A stretch of 64,000 bases of DNA. Origin: Callorhinchus milii (lineage: Eukaryota). The position numbers were made by a program, and so were the translations under genes. The notes under the pieces are model-generated. The model worked only from the letters and a program-made list of their open reading frames with translations. It made no database searches and was not told the DNA's origin. Below are positions 12,638-25,859 of this stretch, piece by piece (the first letter of the stretch is position 1; each line of letters begins with the position of its first letter). The stretch lies in NCBI RefSeq assembly GCF_018977255.1, contig NW_024704742.1, positions 122,824,001 to 122,888,000 of the forward strand. Reading direction: 5' to 3'.

Positions 12638-13104
12638 CGGGGTGAAATTTGCAGTGTTTCATATTGGATTTGATATGATATTTCTCTCAATGTTCCAATG
12701 GGAAGCAGGTAGAGTGATTTGTCAGAAATTGGAAGTTCAATTCAATAGTTTCAGTTGACTATAGTCTTATTAATCAAATTATATCAGAAATCTAAAGATT
12801 ACAAAACATAAAAGACTCCAAATTGTTCCAGGTTAAAGTATACTGTTCAGTTTTCAGTTTCTGATGGGTGAAAAGTTCACAAGAAATGTTTAGATGAACA
12901 AGATCCTTTGAACCATTTTGGTGAACACATGGAGAACTATTTCCTCCCTCCGTTGCAACGCCATAAGGAGAGGTTTTGCAATTTCCTTCGACACAAGATC
13001 CTCGCTACATAATTGAGTCACAAGACAGATGATGCTTTCAATGGAGATTGTAAGCAAATCTGTTGAGTTGTTTTTGCTCAGATTTGTTAGCAGAAAGGTC
13101 AAAT
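12638..13104 (-). pseudogene. Pseudo-exon(s) with frameshifts
   Basis: Acceptor ttatag. DLTFLLTNLSKNNSTDLLTISIESIICLV..., then STETI[5-bp dup]ELPISDKSLYLLPIGTLREISYQIQYETLQISP, donor gtatga. Confidence 0.45.
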
Positions 13105-13577
13105 CTATAAATTTAAATGAAAACTAAAAGCAACTTCTCTGTAAATATTTTAATTCTGTAATGGCTTTGTTTCTCATCAACTAAGGCACTGATGTTTTTG
13201 TTTCACAGGCTGTAAAAGGCCTGTGTTCGTGTATACTGTATATTTTACCACTGCCAAAGGAACTAGGATGGAGGTTTGCCATCTTATTTGACAATTATGA
13301 GCAAAACAATGAAGATTCATTTCAGGTTAATTCTTCTAGGACTGCAGTGGCATTTCTGCACCAAATCAGAAATCTAGATACCAGTTATTTAGGTTTATTC
13401 AAAGAACATTTTCAAACTAAGAAACATGGTTCTACAGTTTGATACATAACCAAGATGTTATCTTATACTGTAATTCAAATTTACAAAGTACAGGGTGGTC
13501 AGTTTTCTAATCTTGTGTGACAAAAATGGAATTATTAATGTAAGAAAGACTGAATTGGACCTATGTAAAGTTCACAG

Positions 13578-14253
13578 TATAATAATAATAATCCTTGCAT
13601 TTGATATAATGCCTTATCACGTCTTCGAGACAACAACAACAGATTATACTTTTGAGACATCTCAAAGTCCTTGACAGAACATACTGTAATGCAAATTGAC
13701 TGTATATTTTGTGTCGCAGAAACAATGTCGGATTGAGTGACCGCATTTATTTATTTATTTGAAGGACTTATTACCCCCGGAAATGCGATTCACCAATCAA
13801 CTAACAATCGGGTTCCTACTTACTGTAGCTCAGTAGTTGGAGTACTCGCTTTGCAAGTGAGAGACCTGAGTTCAATTCCAGGCAGGGCGAAACCTTGGGC
13901 AAGTTTCCTTACTCCACACGCCTAATAATAATGCCTCCAAAACCAAAAACAATAATAAATTGGTCATTTTCAATCTACGACTGTTTGTGGGACATTGCTG
14001 TGCGCAATTGGCTGCCGCGTTCGCCCACAAATATACAGTCAATTCACCTTACAGTGTGTTCTGTGAAGCGCTTTGGGACGCCCTCCCGAAATGAAAAGCG
14101 CTATATCAAATGCAAGGATTATTATTATTACTGCTAGGTAAACAGAAGGTGTGGCGTAAGGAAACTTGCCCAACGTTTTGCCCTGTCGGGAATCAAACCC
14201 AAGTCCTCTCGCTTGCGAGGCGAGTGCTCTAACCACTAAGCTACAGGACTCCA
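13578..14253 (-). mobile_element. Long-form Deu SINE interrupted by a nested SINE
   Basis: Tail at 13578 and head at 14253; split at ttactg by a plus-strand SINE. Confidence 0.8.
13823..14130 (+). mobile_element. Short-form Deu SINE, nested
   Basis: Near-identical to 3013-3340; apparent TSD ttactg. Confidence 0.9.
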
Positions 14254-14640
14254 CTCTATGAGTTCAAAGATCATCTAATCAGTTAGTTATAGGATAAGGG
14301 ATGTTGTCCTTAGTCAGTGGATCCACTCTTTTTACAGTTAAAGAAAATATATAACTTATGCCGAGAATAATTCTACCAGTACATAGAAGGGCAATACAAC
14401 CATACGCATATTTAGGCATTTCAGACATAGGTGGGATGTTGCTAAGCGAGTGGAAAAGTAGAGACTTGATCAGCGAAGCAGTTATGGAGAAGGAAGGAAG
14501 TACAGGAAAAGAAACAGACAGCTGGGAACAGACCTGCAGATGGCACATACAAAGAGCCCAAATGTCAGATCACAACTGATTCTGTTCATTCGGCAGAAGT
14601 AGAGCTAAAATAATATTATAATGCAAGAAATACATTTCTA

Positions 14641-15225
14641 TTAATAATAATAATAATTCTTGCATTTGATACAGCGCTTTTCACGTCTTCTAGATGTCTC
14701 AAAGCGTTTCACAGAATATACTGTAAAGTGAATTGACTGTATATTTGTGGGCGAAACGTGGCAGCCAATTGCACACAGCAGTGTCCCACAAACAGTCGTG
14801 AATTCAAGTGACCAATTTTATTAATTTTTTTACTTGAGGGATTATTATCAGGCATATGGAGTAAGGAAACTTGCCAAACGTTTCGCCCTGCCGGGAATCG
14901 AACCCAGGCCTCTCGCTTGAAAGGTAATAATCCTTGCATTTGATATAGCGCCTTACCATGTTGCTGAGACATCTCAAGTGCTTCACAGAATATACTGTAA
15001 AGTGACTGTATATTTTGTCAGTGAAATACGGCAGCCAATTGTGCATGGTAATGTCCCACAAACAGTCGTGGATTGAGTGACAAAATTATTATTATTATCA
15101 TGTTTTGAAGGGATTATTATCCCCGGAAAAGCGATCCGCCAATCGACTAACAACCAGGTTCTTACTTACTGCTAGGTAAACAGAGGCGTGTGGAGTAAGG
15201 AAACTTGCCTAAGGTTTTGCCCTGC
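14641..15225 (-). mobile_element. Two tandem Deu SINE copies (short and long form)
   Basis: Two (AAT)n tails at 14641 and 14926, each followed by Deu core and head remnants. Confidence 0.8.
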
Positions 15226-16080
15226 GTCATTAGTGAGAGTTGAGGATACACATTACCATTTGCGAGGGTAAACACATAGAAACTCGAGTACAAAAGGCTA
15301 TGCAGCCCATTGAGTCTATGCAATGACTGGTATTAGTAAATCACTTTAATTTTTGTTAATCTAATTTTTCATCTCTTTTCCCATAATCTTTTTACTGCCC
15401 ATGTAATGTCGAGATATACCAGCTCCTATTCAATAATCTCATAGCCAATAAAAAAAGCACTTTGTATAATGGATTTTTCCAACATGAATCATCCCCATTA
15501 GTTACATGGAGAATCCTCTCTCGGGGAACAAACTCCTGGAGCTTGATCCAATAATGTCTTTTATTGGCTAAAGTGCCAGCAATGTTATACTAGAGAAGCT
15601 AGAAGCTCTTCTCCCTCCTGTACACCGGTTTGCTAGTATAGAGATCTGCCGCTGGATATGGCAAGCAGGTGGCATCACACTAACAAACTATGCAATTCTA
15701 GCTGGATAGACTCCAGCAATATCCCATCGTACACTCCGGGATCCCCAAGGCTTGGCTCTTGCCAATCTGCGCCTAATACTTTCTGAAATTAGGTAGGCAG
15801 GATGCATGCCTCCAGGGAGATAGTATGCATTCCATTCCAATAAATATCTTTGGAATTTCCATTGATAGGTGGGATGCATGGTAATTTCTGAAGCATGGTG
15901 ATGGGTTTCCGTATGTGTCAGACACCTGGCTAATCAAAAAAAATACTTTCAGACAGGACAGGTTCAGGGATTCAAAGAGCAATGTTAGACAGATAGCAGG
16001 AACAACAACAACTTGCAATTATCTAGTGCCCTTTACACAAAGAATGAATAGTAATACTAAGAAAGGGTAAAAATAGTAGT

Positions 16081-16170
16081 CACTGGGATCACTCAGCAGG
16101 TCAGGCATCATCTATGGAGAAAGGAAAGTGAGTCAATGTTTTGGGTCCCCGACCCTTCGTCGGAACTGGG
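16081..16170 (-). mobile_element. Penelope-like element terminal fragment with degenerate hammerhead
   Basis: cactcagcaggtcaggcatcatctatggaga...gggtccccgacccttcgtcggaactg resembles chondrichthyan PLE termini. Confidence 0.55.
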
Positions 16171-16289
16171 TCATGTTGGGTGGGAGATGCTTTTAAGGGC
16201 TAACAGAGCGGGGGGAAGCAGGGCAAGGAAGACAAGGGAGAAAATGGGGTACAGGACAGGGGATGATGGGTTAAAGAGTTGTCAATGAT

Positions 16290-16630
16290 GTTAATGAGCT
16301 CATAGTCTAGGCTGACTCTACAATGCAGTGTTGGAGGAGCCCTGTATTGTCGGAAATGCTGTTCTTTGGATGAGACATTAAACCAAGGCTTGTTCAAATC
16401 GACAGTAAAAAATTCAATAAAGAGAAGAGAGTTTTACCTGGCATCCTGGACAACAATCCTCCAGTTAAAATTGGCCATTCACCTCTTGGTTGTTTGTGGA
16501 ACTTTGTTGTGCTCAAATTGTGCTGTGTTCAACTACAAATACACAATCACAACACTTACCAGGAAATACTGCAAAGAGATTGAAGACATGTTGATGCTAC
16601 AGACCCTATAGCAAATGCAAGGATTATTTG
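16290..16630 (+). mobile_element. Old Deu SINE (SacSINE1-like) fragment
   Basis: gctgactctacaatgcagtg...gatgagacattaaacc..., followed by Deu core and tail. Confidence 0.65.
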
Positions 16631-16664
16631 ATTATTTGCCAAATGTAAGTAAAGCACAATTTTT

Positions 16665-16992
16665 TCAATCATTTTGGCAGATAATTTTTTCATAATCCTT
16701 TAATGATAATGTAGCTGAGACAGAAATATTCGCCTGAAACCCAGAGAGTTCCACATAATGATTGGAATTATGTCACGGTCTCATTTTGATTCTCGTCTCT
16801 GCTCACTTCATTTAAGCTTTCAATCATGCATGTCAGCACTTGATGCCCCAGGTTCCAAGCTTATCGCAGACCGGTAACATTATAGCACATTATGTTTGAA
16901 AGATCTCCCTGCTAGTTAATTTTTTGGGTTGAATCAGTGATCTGAATAGGATTTCCAGTCAAACCAAATGTCACCTCAATACTTGCACACCA
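16665..16992 (-). pseudogene. Pseudo-exon, FN3-like
   Basis: IEVTFGLTGNPIQITDS..N*..CYNVTGLR*AW.., then frameshift, then NHYVELSGFQANISVSATLSLKDYEKIIC. Confidence 0.45.
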
Positions 16993-17391
16993 CTAAGTCA
17001 TACAAAGTAAAGGCAGGATGAAGAGGTATAGAAATCAGATTTTTACAAGGCTCTTCCCAATCAGGGCTGTTACTGAGGCAACCATGAGGAAATACTGTAT
17101 GTTAATAATTATATTACTTTCTAGAACAATTGAGGAAGTGCTTTGAAGACAAAGTATTGACCTCAAGGTTCCTTTCTTTTATGTTTGCTGGGGAAATGAA
17201 ACCTGTCTCAAATTGACTTACGGCTATGGTAGTACGAGGCATTTAAAAGATCCGAATATCAGTGGCTTACTTATGCCAAGTTTAGTCTTTACTTTTTGTG
17301 GTCGTTTTCCTGAAAAATCAGCATAGATCTCTTTCCTCAGGAGATGAATTTGATAAGTTCAGCTCTTCACTCAATAATGATCTGTGTAAAC

Positions 17392-17800
17392 AATAATAAT
17401 CCTTACATTTGATATAGCGCTTTTCACACCAGGAAAACACCTCAAATCACTTCACAGGATTTATTGTAAACTGTAATTATTGTGCATTTTCTTGATGAAC
17501 ACGGCACCCGATACGTACAGTCATGAAGTGAATCACCAATTTTATTTGGGGGATTGTTGGCTAGGACACTGGGAGAAACTTCCTTCTCTTTTTGAATGTG
17601 CCATGGGATCTTAACATCCACCTGAACAGGCAGAAAAAAACTTTGGTTTAAGGTCTCAGCTGAAGGACAGCACCTCCGGCATTGCAGAACATCCCCAGCA
17701 CTGCAATTGAATATCGACTGAAACTCTGAGCTCAAATTCCCAACATGGGACTTGAACCCAAAACATTCTGAGTCAAAGACAACTGAGGCTGACCCAATTA
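17392..17800 (-). mobile_element. Old Deu SINE (SacSINE1-like)
   Basis: Head-core-tail arrangement on the minus strand. Confidence 0.75.
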
Positions 17801-18669
17801 AATAACAACAAAACACAAAGTGCCATATTTATGTAGTAAAGAGCCAATACATATACAGCTGGGGAGCTTGGCTCATCAGCTTGTGTTGCATTCACACAGT
17901 ACTCTCAACCAATGCAATTTTGGACCAGCATAAACCAAATCGCTTGCTGTACATCCAGCAGTATAAACTGGACATTGAGGAAAGGAGACCGTCCCTTTAA
18001 CAGTTAGATAGCTTGTTATTTCATGCTCATTATTTATTAAATCCCTGGTGGAATATGTGGCATAATTTTGTGCTATAATATTCTGAACAAGACAACAATT
18101 TATCTTTATATAGCATCTTTCACGTTGGAAAACATCTCAAAGCACTTCACACAGCTATATATGAGCTGCGCAAACACCTACAAAATACACAGTCATGAAA
18201 TTTTACAGTATATCTTGTCAAGCGTTTTAAGATGGTGCTATATCAAATGCAGCGATTACTATTATGAACACATGTTTACTTTTAGAGTCAAACATTTATA
18301 TATTTGCTTTTATATATTATTATTATTGTTTACTTTTATAGTAACATAAAACATAACTGATAAACAGTCAGCAGATACATTGGCTCATTCCGCCCACCCC
18401 AGACACTATTTGTACACAGTCACCAGAAACACTGGCTCACCCTCCTCTCCACCCCCAGATACTCTGTACAGTAATTGTAAACACTCCCCCGTTATTGAAT
18501 CCAAATGGCAGATCAGTACTTATAAACACACAATCTGTGTACTGTAAACAATCACACTGGCCAAATGGGAGCTCCTTGATTGCAAACACTCACAGGTAAC
18601 ACTGACCAACAGTCACATGTATACATACCACTAACACCAGAAAGTCCTTCTTGTTTGCTCTCTTATTCA

Positions 18670-18965
18670 ACAACAACAAGATTATACTTGTATAGCACCT
18701 TTCATGTCGGGAGGACATCCCAAGGCGCTGGACAAAGTACAGCATTTCAGACCCGTGCTGGGATTGGGGGAGGTAAGGGAGGGGAAGGGGGGTGGCTGAT
18801 GGCATGGTCGAAGAGGAGGTTCTTGAGGCAGGACTTGAAGGAGGCTAAGGAGGGGCGAGGCGGAGTGACTGGGGGATGGAATTCCAGAGGTTAGGGGCAG
18901 AGTGGCTGAAGGCTCGCCAATGGTGGGGCGGGTGGGATGGGGGATGTGGAGCAGGCCAGAGCCTG
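18670..18965 (-). mobile_element. L2 LINE 3' end
   Basis: Reverse complement of the L2 3' UTR with (GTT)n tail. Confidence 0.75.
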
Positions 18966-21783
18966 TAGATTACAAACCTTCTGGCCTGTTTTAAGTCCAG
19001 TAAACATTCTACATTACTTTTCTGAGCACCTATTTACAGTAACAACAACAACAAGATTACATTTGTATAGCGCCTTTCACATCGGTAGGATGTCCCAACG
19101 TAAGTAAGTAAGGCTTAGCAGTTCCCTCTGTAAACAAATAGAAATGTTGGCATAGATCTGCTGCATATGGAAGTGCTGTCATTTATCAAGTTTGTGCAAT
19201 TTACTAACAAAAACTTTGCTGCAGCTTTCGCTGAATTTATGATAATTCATAAACAATGGTTGCTCCTTGCAAGATGGCCACATAGGTACAAGTATACTAT
19301 GTAATCTATATAAATTCAATCCATGACTGCTTGTGGGACACTGCTGTGCACAATTCACTGGTGCCTTTCGCCCACAAAATATACAGTCAATTCACTTTAC
19401 AGTATATTCTATGAAGTGCTTTGAGATGTCTCAGCAACTGATAAGGCGCTATATCAAATGCAAGGATTATTATAATTGTATTATTAAAGGGACTGTAACA
19501 AATGTTAATTCAGTAGAGAATGAAAATGCACCACACAATGTCAGGAAAACATGATATGTGATAATTATCAGCAGTTTAGGTTCTCAGTCCATTGTGTAAA
19601 GCGCTTTCAGACAGCCTCCTGATGTGAAAGCACTACATAAATGTAAATAAAATAATAATCCTTACATTTGGTATAGTGCCTTTCAGGGAGGATGTCTTAT
19701 GTAAGGATTATTATTATTGTTGCACCAGTGCTCTCGATGGACAAAGATAAGTTGAGAAAGAGAAGAGAGGTCCAGGTGGACTTGTGGTCCTGAAGATTCA
19801 GGTAGGATTGCTTACCACAATTTCTTTCTTTTGTCTGACTCATGCCATATTTTGGCTACAAATATACAATCACTCTACTTGATAGCAATTACCCGTGAAC
19901 TGATTTCCACTAACCCCTTTCAACATTATAGGCGCTATATCAAATCTAAGGAATATTATTTATCATTATACTTAACAGTTCGTAGTAGAATAAAATGCTC
20001 CATCTCTTTCAACTGTCAGCACCAACTTAGAGCATAATGTACAAGGCTACCAGACCTCATCAAGAGGAGCTTGCATCACAACAGAAACTGCCTCAACAAG
20101 GAGTTAGTTGAACAATAAGACACTAAAAGTCAGCTTCAGATATCATGGTATGTGAAGAGATCAGTAAATCCTAACTTGACAAGAGCCTTGTGTGTTCTTG
20201 TTCCTGAAGTCTGTATTGTGCCTTCACATATTAGAACTAATCCAATAGTGTAAATAAATTATTTAGACAAAGATAACGGGCTCTAACATCCAGCCATTTT
20301 CTAACTATAGATCCTGAGTGGGGAACTTCTGGTCACTGGAAGTACATCTAGCTAACTGTGGGGAACTCTCCTCAAAAAGTAAATTGTTGCAAAGCAGCAT
20401 TGGCACGGGTCAGTGTGAAGTAGTTAAGCTTTCCTTATTAAAGATTACCATTAGAAATCACAAAATGTTCAACCTCAATCATTAGAAAAACATATTTCAA
20501 TAAGGAACATGCATTTTCATGCTCCCTTATTAAGTTGAAGTGTCTCAAAGGAAAACAAGTCTGGTTCCTTCAGTAAGGGAAGACGGGACGGGACAAAACT
20601 GAAAAAAACAAGACTTTTAATGTCTGGACACAGAGAAAATATTCCAGGCAATTTAAATGCATGAAAGAGAGTTGCTTATGCAGGAAAAAATTATGTTCAC
20701 TTTCACAAAAGGATGAGATGAGATTATACTGTACCAGATTCTACGTTGCTTCACCATGGGATCTGCTTTAAGTCTGAACAAGTCTTATGTTATCACTGTA
20801 ATCAACATCTCAGGTCAGTAAGAGAGGTTTGGATGAAGCCCTTTTGAAGTAATCCCTCCAGAACACCAACCCTATAATAATAATAATAGTAATAATAATA
20901 ATCCTTGCATTTGATATAGCGCCTTATCACGTCTTATAGACATCTCAAAATGCTTCACAGAAAATACTGTAAACTGAATTGACTGTTTATTTTGTGGGTG
21001 AAACGTTAGCTTCACGTTCCAGCATCAAGAAATGTTTTAAATGAGTTCCGACTACGTGTCTGGCCTATGGAGAATTCCATTACCATGCTTAAGAGTATCC
21101 AAACCAACCTACTTAAGAGTTCCATTCTCAGTGTAAAGATCGAAATTTCCCTTTGTCTGGAATGGATGTTGAACTCATTCCCTGAGGGATTCAACCTGCT
21201 CACTTAATTCCAGAAGGTTTAGGACCAGGTTGGTGAAAGCCAAAGCTTGGGGACCCAGGCAGTGTTTGGATGTTTAATGAGATAAAACCATGCAAAGACT
21301 GATTAACAAGCTTCGCATTATTCCAACTACATATCGGGACTTGTCTTGAGGGTTAACAGGAACCAAATGGGAAGAATACCAACCCCAGTGTCTAGCCTCC
21401 ATTCCAAATGTTGACCATTCTCTGTGTAAAGAAATCTGCCCTGGTGCTGTCCTAAGATTATCTTTTGCAATCTTGAACCTATCACTTCTTGTTCTACTGC
21501 CTTGACATATCTGAAAGTAATGTTAGACACTGGAGTACTTTCATCATTGGTCTACAATAGAGGATAAACCTTTGCAGAAAGCTTAAATTTGCCAATTGTG
21601 TTAAGACTGCAAGTTTCTTGAGATATGCCTGCTACCAGCCTTTATGAGAATGTTTACCATTTGTGTTCCCAAGTCTACATTAGATGGGATTACCAAGGAG
21701 CATGGACATTTTGTGTTGAACAGACCTGTATGTAGTAATGGTTAGTGAGAAACATTATGGTGAACTTTTGACTGCAGACTTAC

Positions 21784-21905
21784 TGTGTTTTAAGGAGCTT
21801 CAGCCATTCTGTGCATGCTGCCGAGGAGATGGACTGGTAAAATGTAACTTTACTTCTTACTTTTGGATTTGAATAACAATATTTTAAAATTGTACAGAAA
21901 ATGAC
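21784..21905 (-). pseudogene. Exon remnant, open frame, canonical splice sites
   Basis: atttcag|VIFCTILKYCYSNPKVRSKVTFYQSISSAACTEWLKLLKT|gtaagt. Confidence 0.45.
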
Positions 21906-22091
21906 CTGAAATATCCTTCTCAGGATAAAATATGCAAACACTATTTTGAAGAGGATGCCTGGGGCAGTATTTTTTTTAACCTTAAAAAGTCCTTAGATTT
22001 CAAGAGTATTTTTTTNGGTGTAGAGGGAGATTATAGCGCACTGGGGATATTTTAACCAAAGATCTCATTTCAGGCACAATTTATGGCTTAC

Positions 22092-22441
22092 TATTAATCA
22101 GTGCACGGAGAACGGATTGGTTTTCAAAGCTTAAACATACACCACTCAAACAGTGCAATGTCAGGTCCAACAGTAAAGCTCACTGTGATTACTCTGTTAC
22201 ATGGATACATCAATCAGAAATCTATACCTTCTAGAAATGAATGCAAGATCAATGCTTGGATGTATATAAATGGCAGATATACTTTACATCGATGCACGTT
22301 TCATTTCAAAGCAATAATTGCACTGGACAGTGTTGGGAAATCATTTTTAATAAGTAATCCAAATCTATTTAAGAGAGGTCATATTAATGGCAAGGCTGCT
22401 GCAAAAGGAATTTCATTAGAAATAATCGAACGTTGAAATAT
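22092..22441 (-). pseudogene. Pseudo-exon, FN3-like
   Basis: Acceptor ccttatttcag and donor gtaagc; FLEGIDF*LMYPCNRVITVSFTV with multiple stops. Confidence 0.45.
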
Positions 22442-23139
22442 CTGAAATAAGGATTAATTCCTTAGACAAAATATAAAATAAATTATAATTTACATTTTGG
22501 AATGACAATCAGGAGGCTTTAATGTATGCATGTCAGAAACTGGGCTGTGCTTGTTTTACAAAATTGTATTATTACATAGTATATCGTACCCCATTAGATC
22601 GAATTCTTCCATTTCAGTGCGTAGAGATGATCCTCAATAACCAAATGACTTTGCAAGCAATGCAAAAACAGTAAGAAATATAAATCAGCAAAAAAAGTCA
22701 CAGATGAGTTTTGGAATTTCTAAGCCTAGTTTGATCCTTTCCTTACCAGGTAATCATATAATAATAATATTCCTTCTGTTTGATATAGCGCCTCTCACAT
22801 TTTGAGGACATCTCAAAGAGCTTCCCAGAATTTATTGTAAAATGTGTTGACTGTATTTTTGCAGGTGAATTTATTGTTCATCTATAATTGCTTTTCAATA
22901 TTCACGTTTCAATTATCCTTGGGGATTTCTTTGAGTTTGAGAGAGTACAATTAGCTAAGTGGGGAATAAGCCCTACATTGACTTGATTGGCTGAATGGCC
23001 CCATTTCTGTGCAGTGGCATTCTATGATTCTATAAAAATTACCATGTCAGAGTAATTCTTCTCCCAATAACAACTAATTTGGTCAGATTTCCTCTGGTTA
23101 TTTGACAGTGATGAGTTAGGAAGCACTTTGTGGCATTTT

Positions 23140-23442
23140 AATAATGATAATTATCCTTGCATTTGATGTAGCACTTTTCACGTCTTTTTGATGTCTCAAA
23201 GCGCTTCACAGAATATACTGTAAAGTGAATTGACTGTATATTTGTGGGCGAAATGTGGCAACACAGCAGTGTCCCACAAACAGTCGTGGATTGAAGTGAC
23301 CAATTTATTATTGTTTTTTTTCTTGAGCGATTATTATCAGGCGTGTGGAGTAAGGAAACTTGCCCAAGGTTTCGACCTGCGGGGAGTCAAACCCAGGTCT
23401 CGCTTGCAAGGCGAATGCTCTAACCACTGAGCTACAGGACTC
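23140..23442 (-). mobile_element. Deu SINE, short form
   Basis: Complete head-to-tail copy. Confidence 0.85.
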
Positions 23443-24269
23443 CTGAGTCCTTCATGAGTTTTTATAGTCTTCTTCCTAATGAATCTTCAGGGGAATGTTG
23501 GTGGAAACTGCACCAGTTTGTTGTCTCTACTCTGTCTAGCAATATTCACTAATGGAACTAGAACCAAGTGGGGATTCAGAGACTAAATTGTGATGCACAA
23601 ATGCTCTTTCATAAGATTTGTTAATACTCACTGGATGTTCTCAAAGTACTCAATTATTTTGCTTCCAAACTTGCTGTCCAAAGCCCTCCCAACATTTTCA
23701 AGGCTATTGAGAGGCTTCTTGCCAAATTACTGTGGGCTAGCAACTAGGCCAAAGCTAGCATATTTCAACTATTAGCAGGAACTGTTAAACCCTGTCCACT
23801 TCTTTATCTGTGTGCTACAATCTGATGCATTTTATGCAAGGCCAACGCAGATTTAAAGGGGGTGGAATCAGATCACGGTTAACAATCTGACCATGAAAAT
23901 CAACAATGTGTCTGTCTTTCAGTTAACTTAATAACTGATATCAAAACCAGGAACTGGAAAGAACAACAATTTATAGAAACATTGGAACAGTTAAACAAGT
24001 CAGCCTGTCAAGCCTGTTCTAACATTTTATCAGATCATGTAATTCCATTTGTTTCAATTTGCCTTAATGCTGTAGTTTGCCAAGTATCTATCCATTCGGC
24101 CATAAAATAAGCAGTCACTCCACTTTTCAGTATATTCTATGAAGCACTTTGAGACGTCTCAAAGATGTGATAATATATATATATATAGATATATTATAAT
24201 ATATAATATATCAAATGCAAGAATTACTATTGTTATTATTATCTCTCTTTTAACATAGTGATTAATTAT

Positions 24270-24570
24270 GTATCTTCTATGGTCTTCTAGGGCAGCACAT
24301 TGTATATTTGCACAAAATAATCTTCTGCACAACATGTCTGGAGTTCACAAAATGTTGTAAAGTATTCACAATGTGGTATTTGCTATGCTTGGACAGCTTT
24401 TGGAAGTGAAAGAGTAAGACTATTGCTTGTGATTCATTGTAGAACACAAACAAAAAGATAGGAACTGTAGGGTAAAGTTTGCAACTTTTCATAACATGTT
24501 CCCTGTGTGAACCCATTAGAAAACACCTCAACCTTTACCCCATTGTTAACAGAGTGGTGAGAATTTTCAT
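24270..24570 (-). pseudogene. Pseudo-exon spanning an FN3-FN3 junction
   Basis: VEVFSNGFTQGTCYEKLQTLP..VLQ*ITSNSLTLSLP..*..YFVQIYNVLP*. Confidence 0.55.
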
Positions 24571-25049
24571 TCATTTAATGAAAATTAATATATATTTGTT
24601 GGAGAGAAAGACCGCACATCCTCAGTGTTTATGAGTAAAATGAAACCTAGCTTTCACTGTCTGTATTGCTTTGTTGATTATAAACACATTATGTATTTTA
24701 TAGCAAACTGTAGACTGTTTTGTTTCTGTGCTATCTTTATCATTAAAGCAGAATTAGGACATCATTATGGTAATTTATTGTTCTCAGAGGTATAAAAACA
24801 CTTTAGAAGCTACAGCCTAGATATGTGCTCTATCATATCCGTAATGTTTGTCTACAAAGACTATGACTCATTCTTGGAGCATAATGTCAGTGGCGTGGAC
24901 TGCTTGTACATCAAAATGTACAGGCAGATAAATCAGGGGTACAAGGATATGACTGCAACACTAATCACACCATTGTAGGTCCTTGTGTCTCCTCCGCATC
25001 CCTTCCACCCCAAATAAAACAATGATTTGAGCAAGATGAAAATACTTTG

Positions 25050-25340
25050 GAAAGTATCTTGTATGGAAGTTTTAATTTATCAATTCTATAAATCAAGTAA
25101 ATTTTGTAATGCTTATCTTGGAACATCATTATCACATATTAAAAAGGAAGCATTTAGTATTCCATGTGTCGACTCGAAATAAAATGCAATTACAAATAAC
25201 TCAATATAACACTGTCAAAATATTTCTTGCTGGATGTAGGAGGTGGGATAGTTTAGTTTGATCAGCTCTGGTGATGTCCACTCATTGGCATCATTCCACA
25301 ATTTACTGAGTCCACCTATACCATAGATTTACTCCATTTA
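25050..25340 (-). pseudogene. Pseudo-exon: vWD end / C8 start
   Basis: YGIGGLSKLWNDANEWTSP (compare GLxGxWNxxxxDDFxxP), then QEIF*QCYIEL. Confidence 0.45.
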
Positions 25341-25859
25341 CTTTACATAGACAACACTATTAATGCAATTGCTATAGAGTTAAACATGGTGGTAGTCAAG
25401 GTTATATATAACTTATGTAAATGTTTAATTAGCCTTTGGTAACGTGATTTAGAAATTTACAGCATAGAACAAGTCCATTCGGCCCATCATGTCTGTGATG
25501 GCTCTTTGAAAGAGCAATCTATTCAGTTCCATTTACCTGTATTGACACTTCAAAAAGTTAAGGGAGTTTCTCCCAATGACCTAGCCAATATCGTGCAGAT
25601 AAACTTGAAACATTGCTGCATGCAAGGTGACTTCTTTGTTTGCCTACAAAGTACACAGTCACCATATTTTACAGTAAATCCTGTGAGACATCCTTCTATC
25701 GTGAAAGATGCTATATCAATTGTAAAGGATTATTAGTTTTATCCTTCCTAAAGTGAGGTAATCAAAAGTGAACACAATACCATATGCTTGCTACTTATGT
25801 CTGTATTTTATATATCTGTAACAGATTTATATATCTGTAACAGATCAGAAATCCTGGTC

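Noticed and set aside
22016..22016. Single ambiguous base n
   Set aside because: Assembly ambiguity at the end of a T run; not biological.
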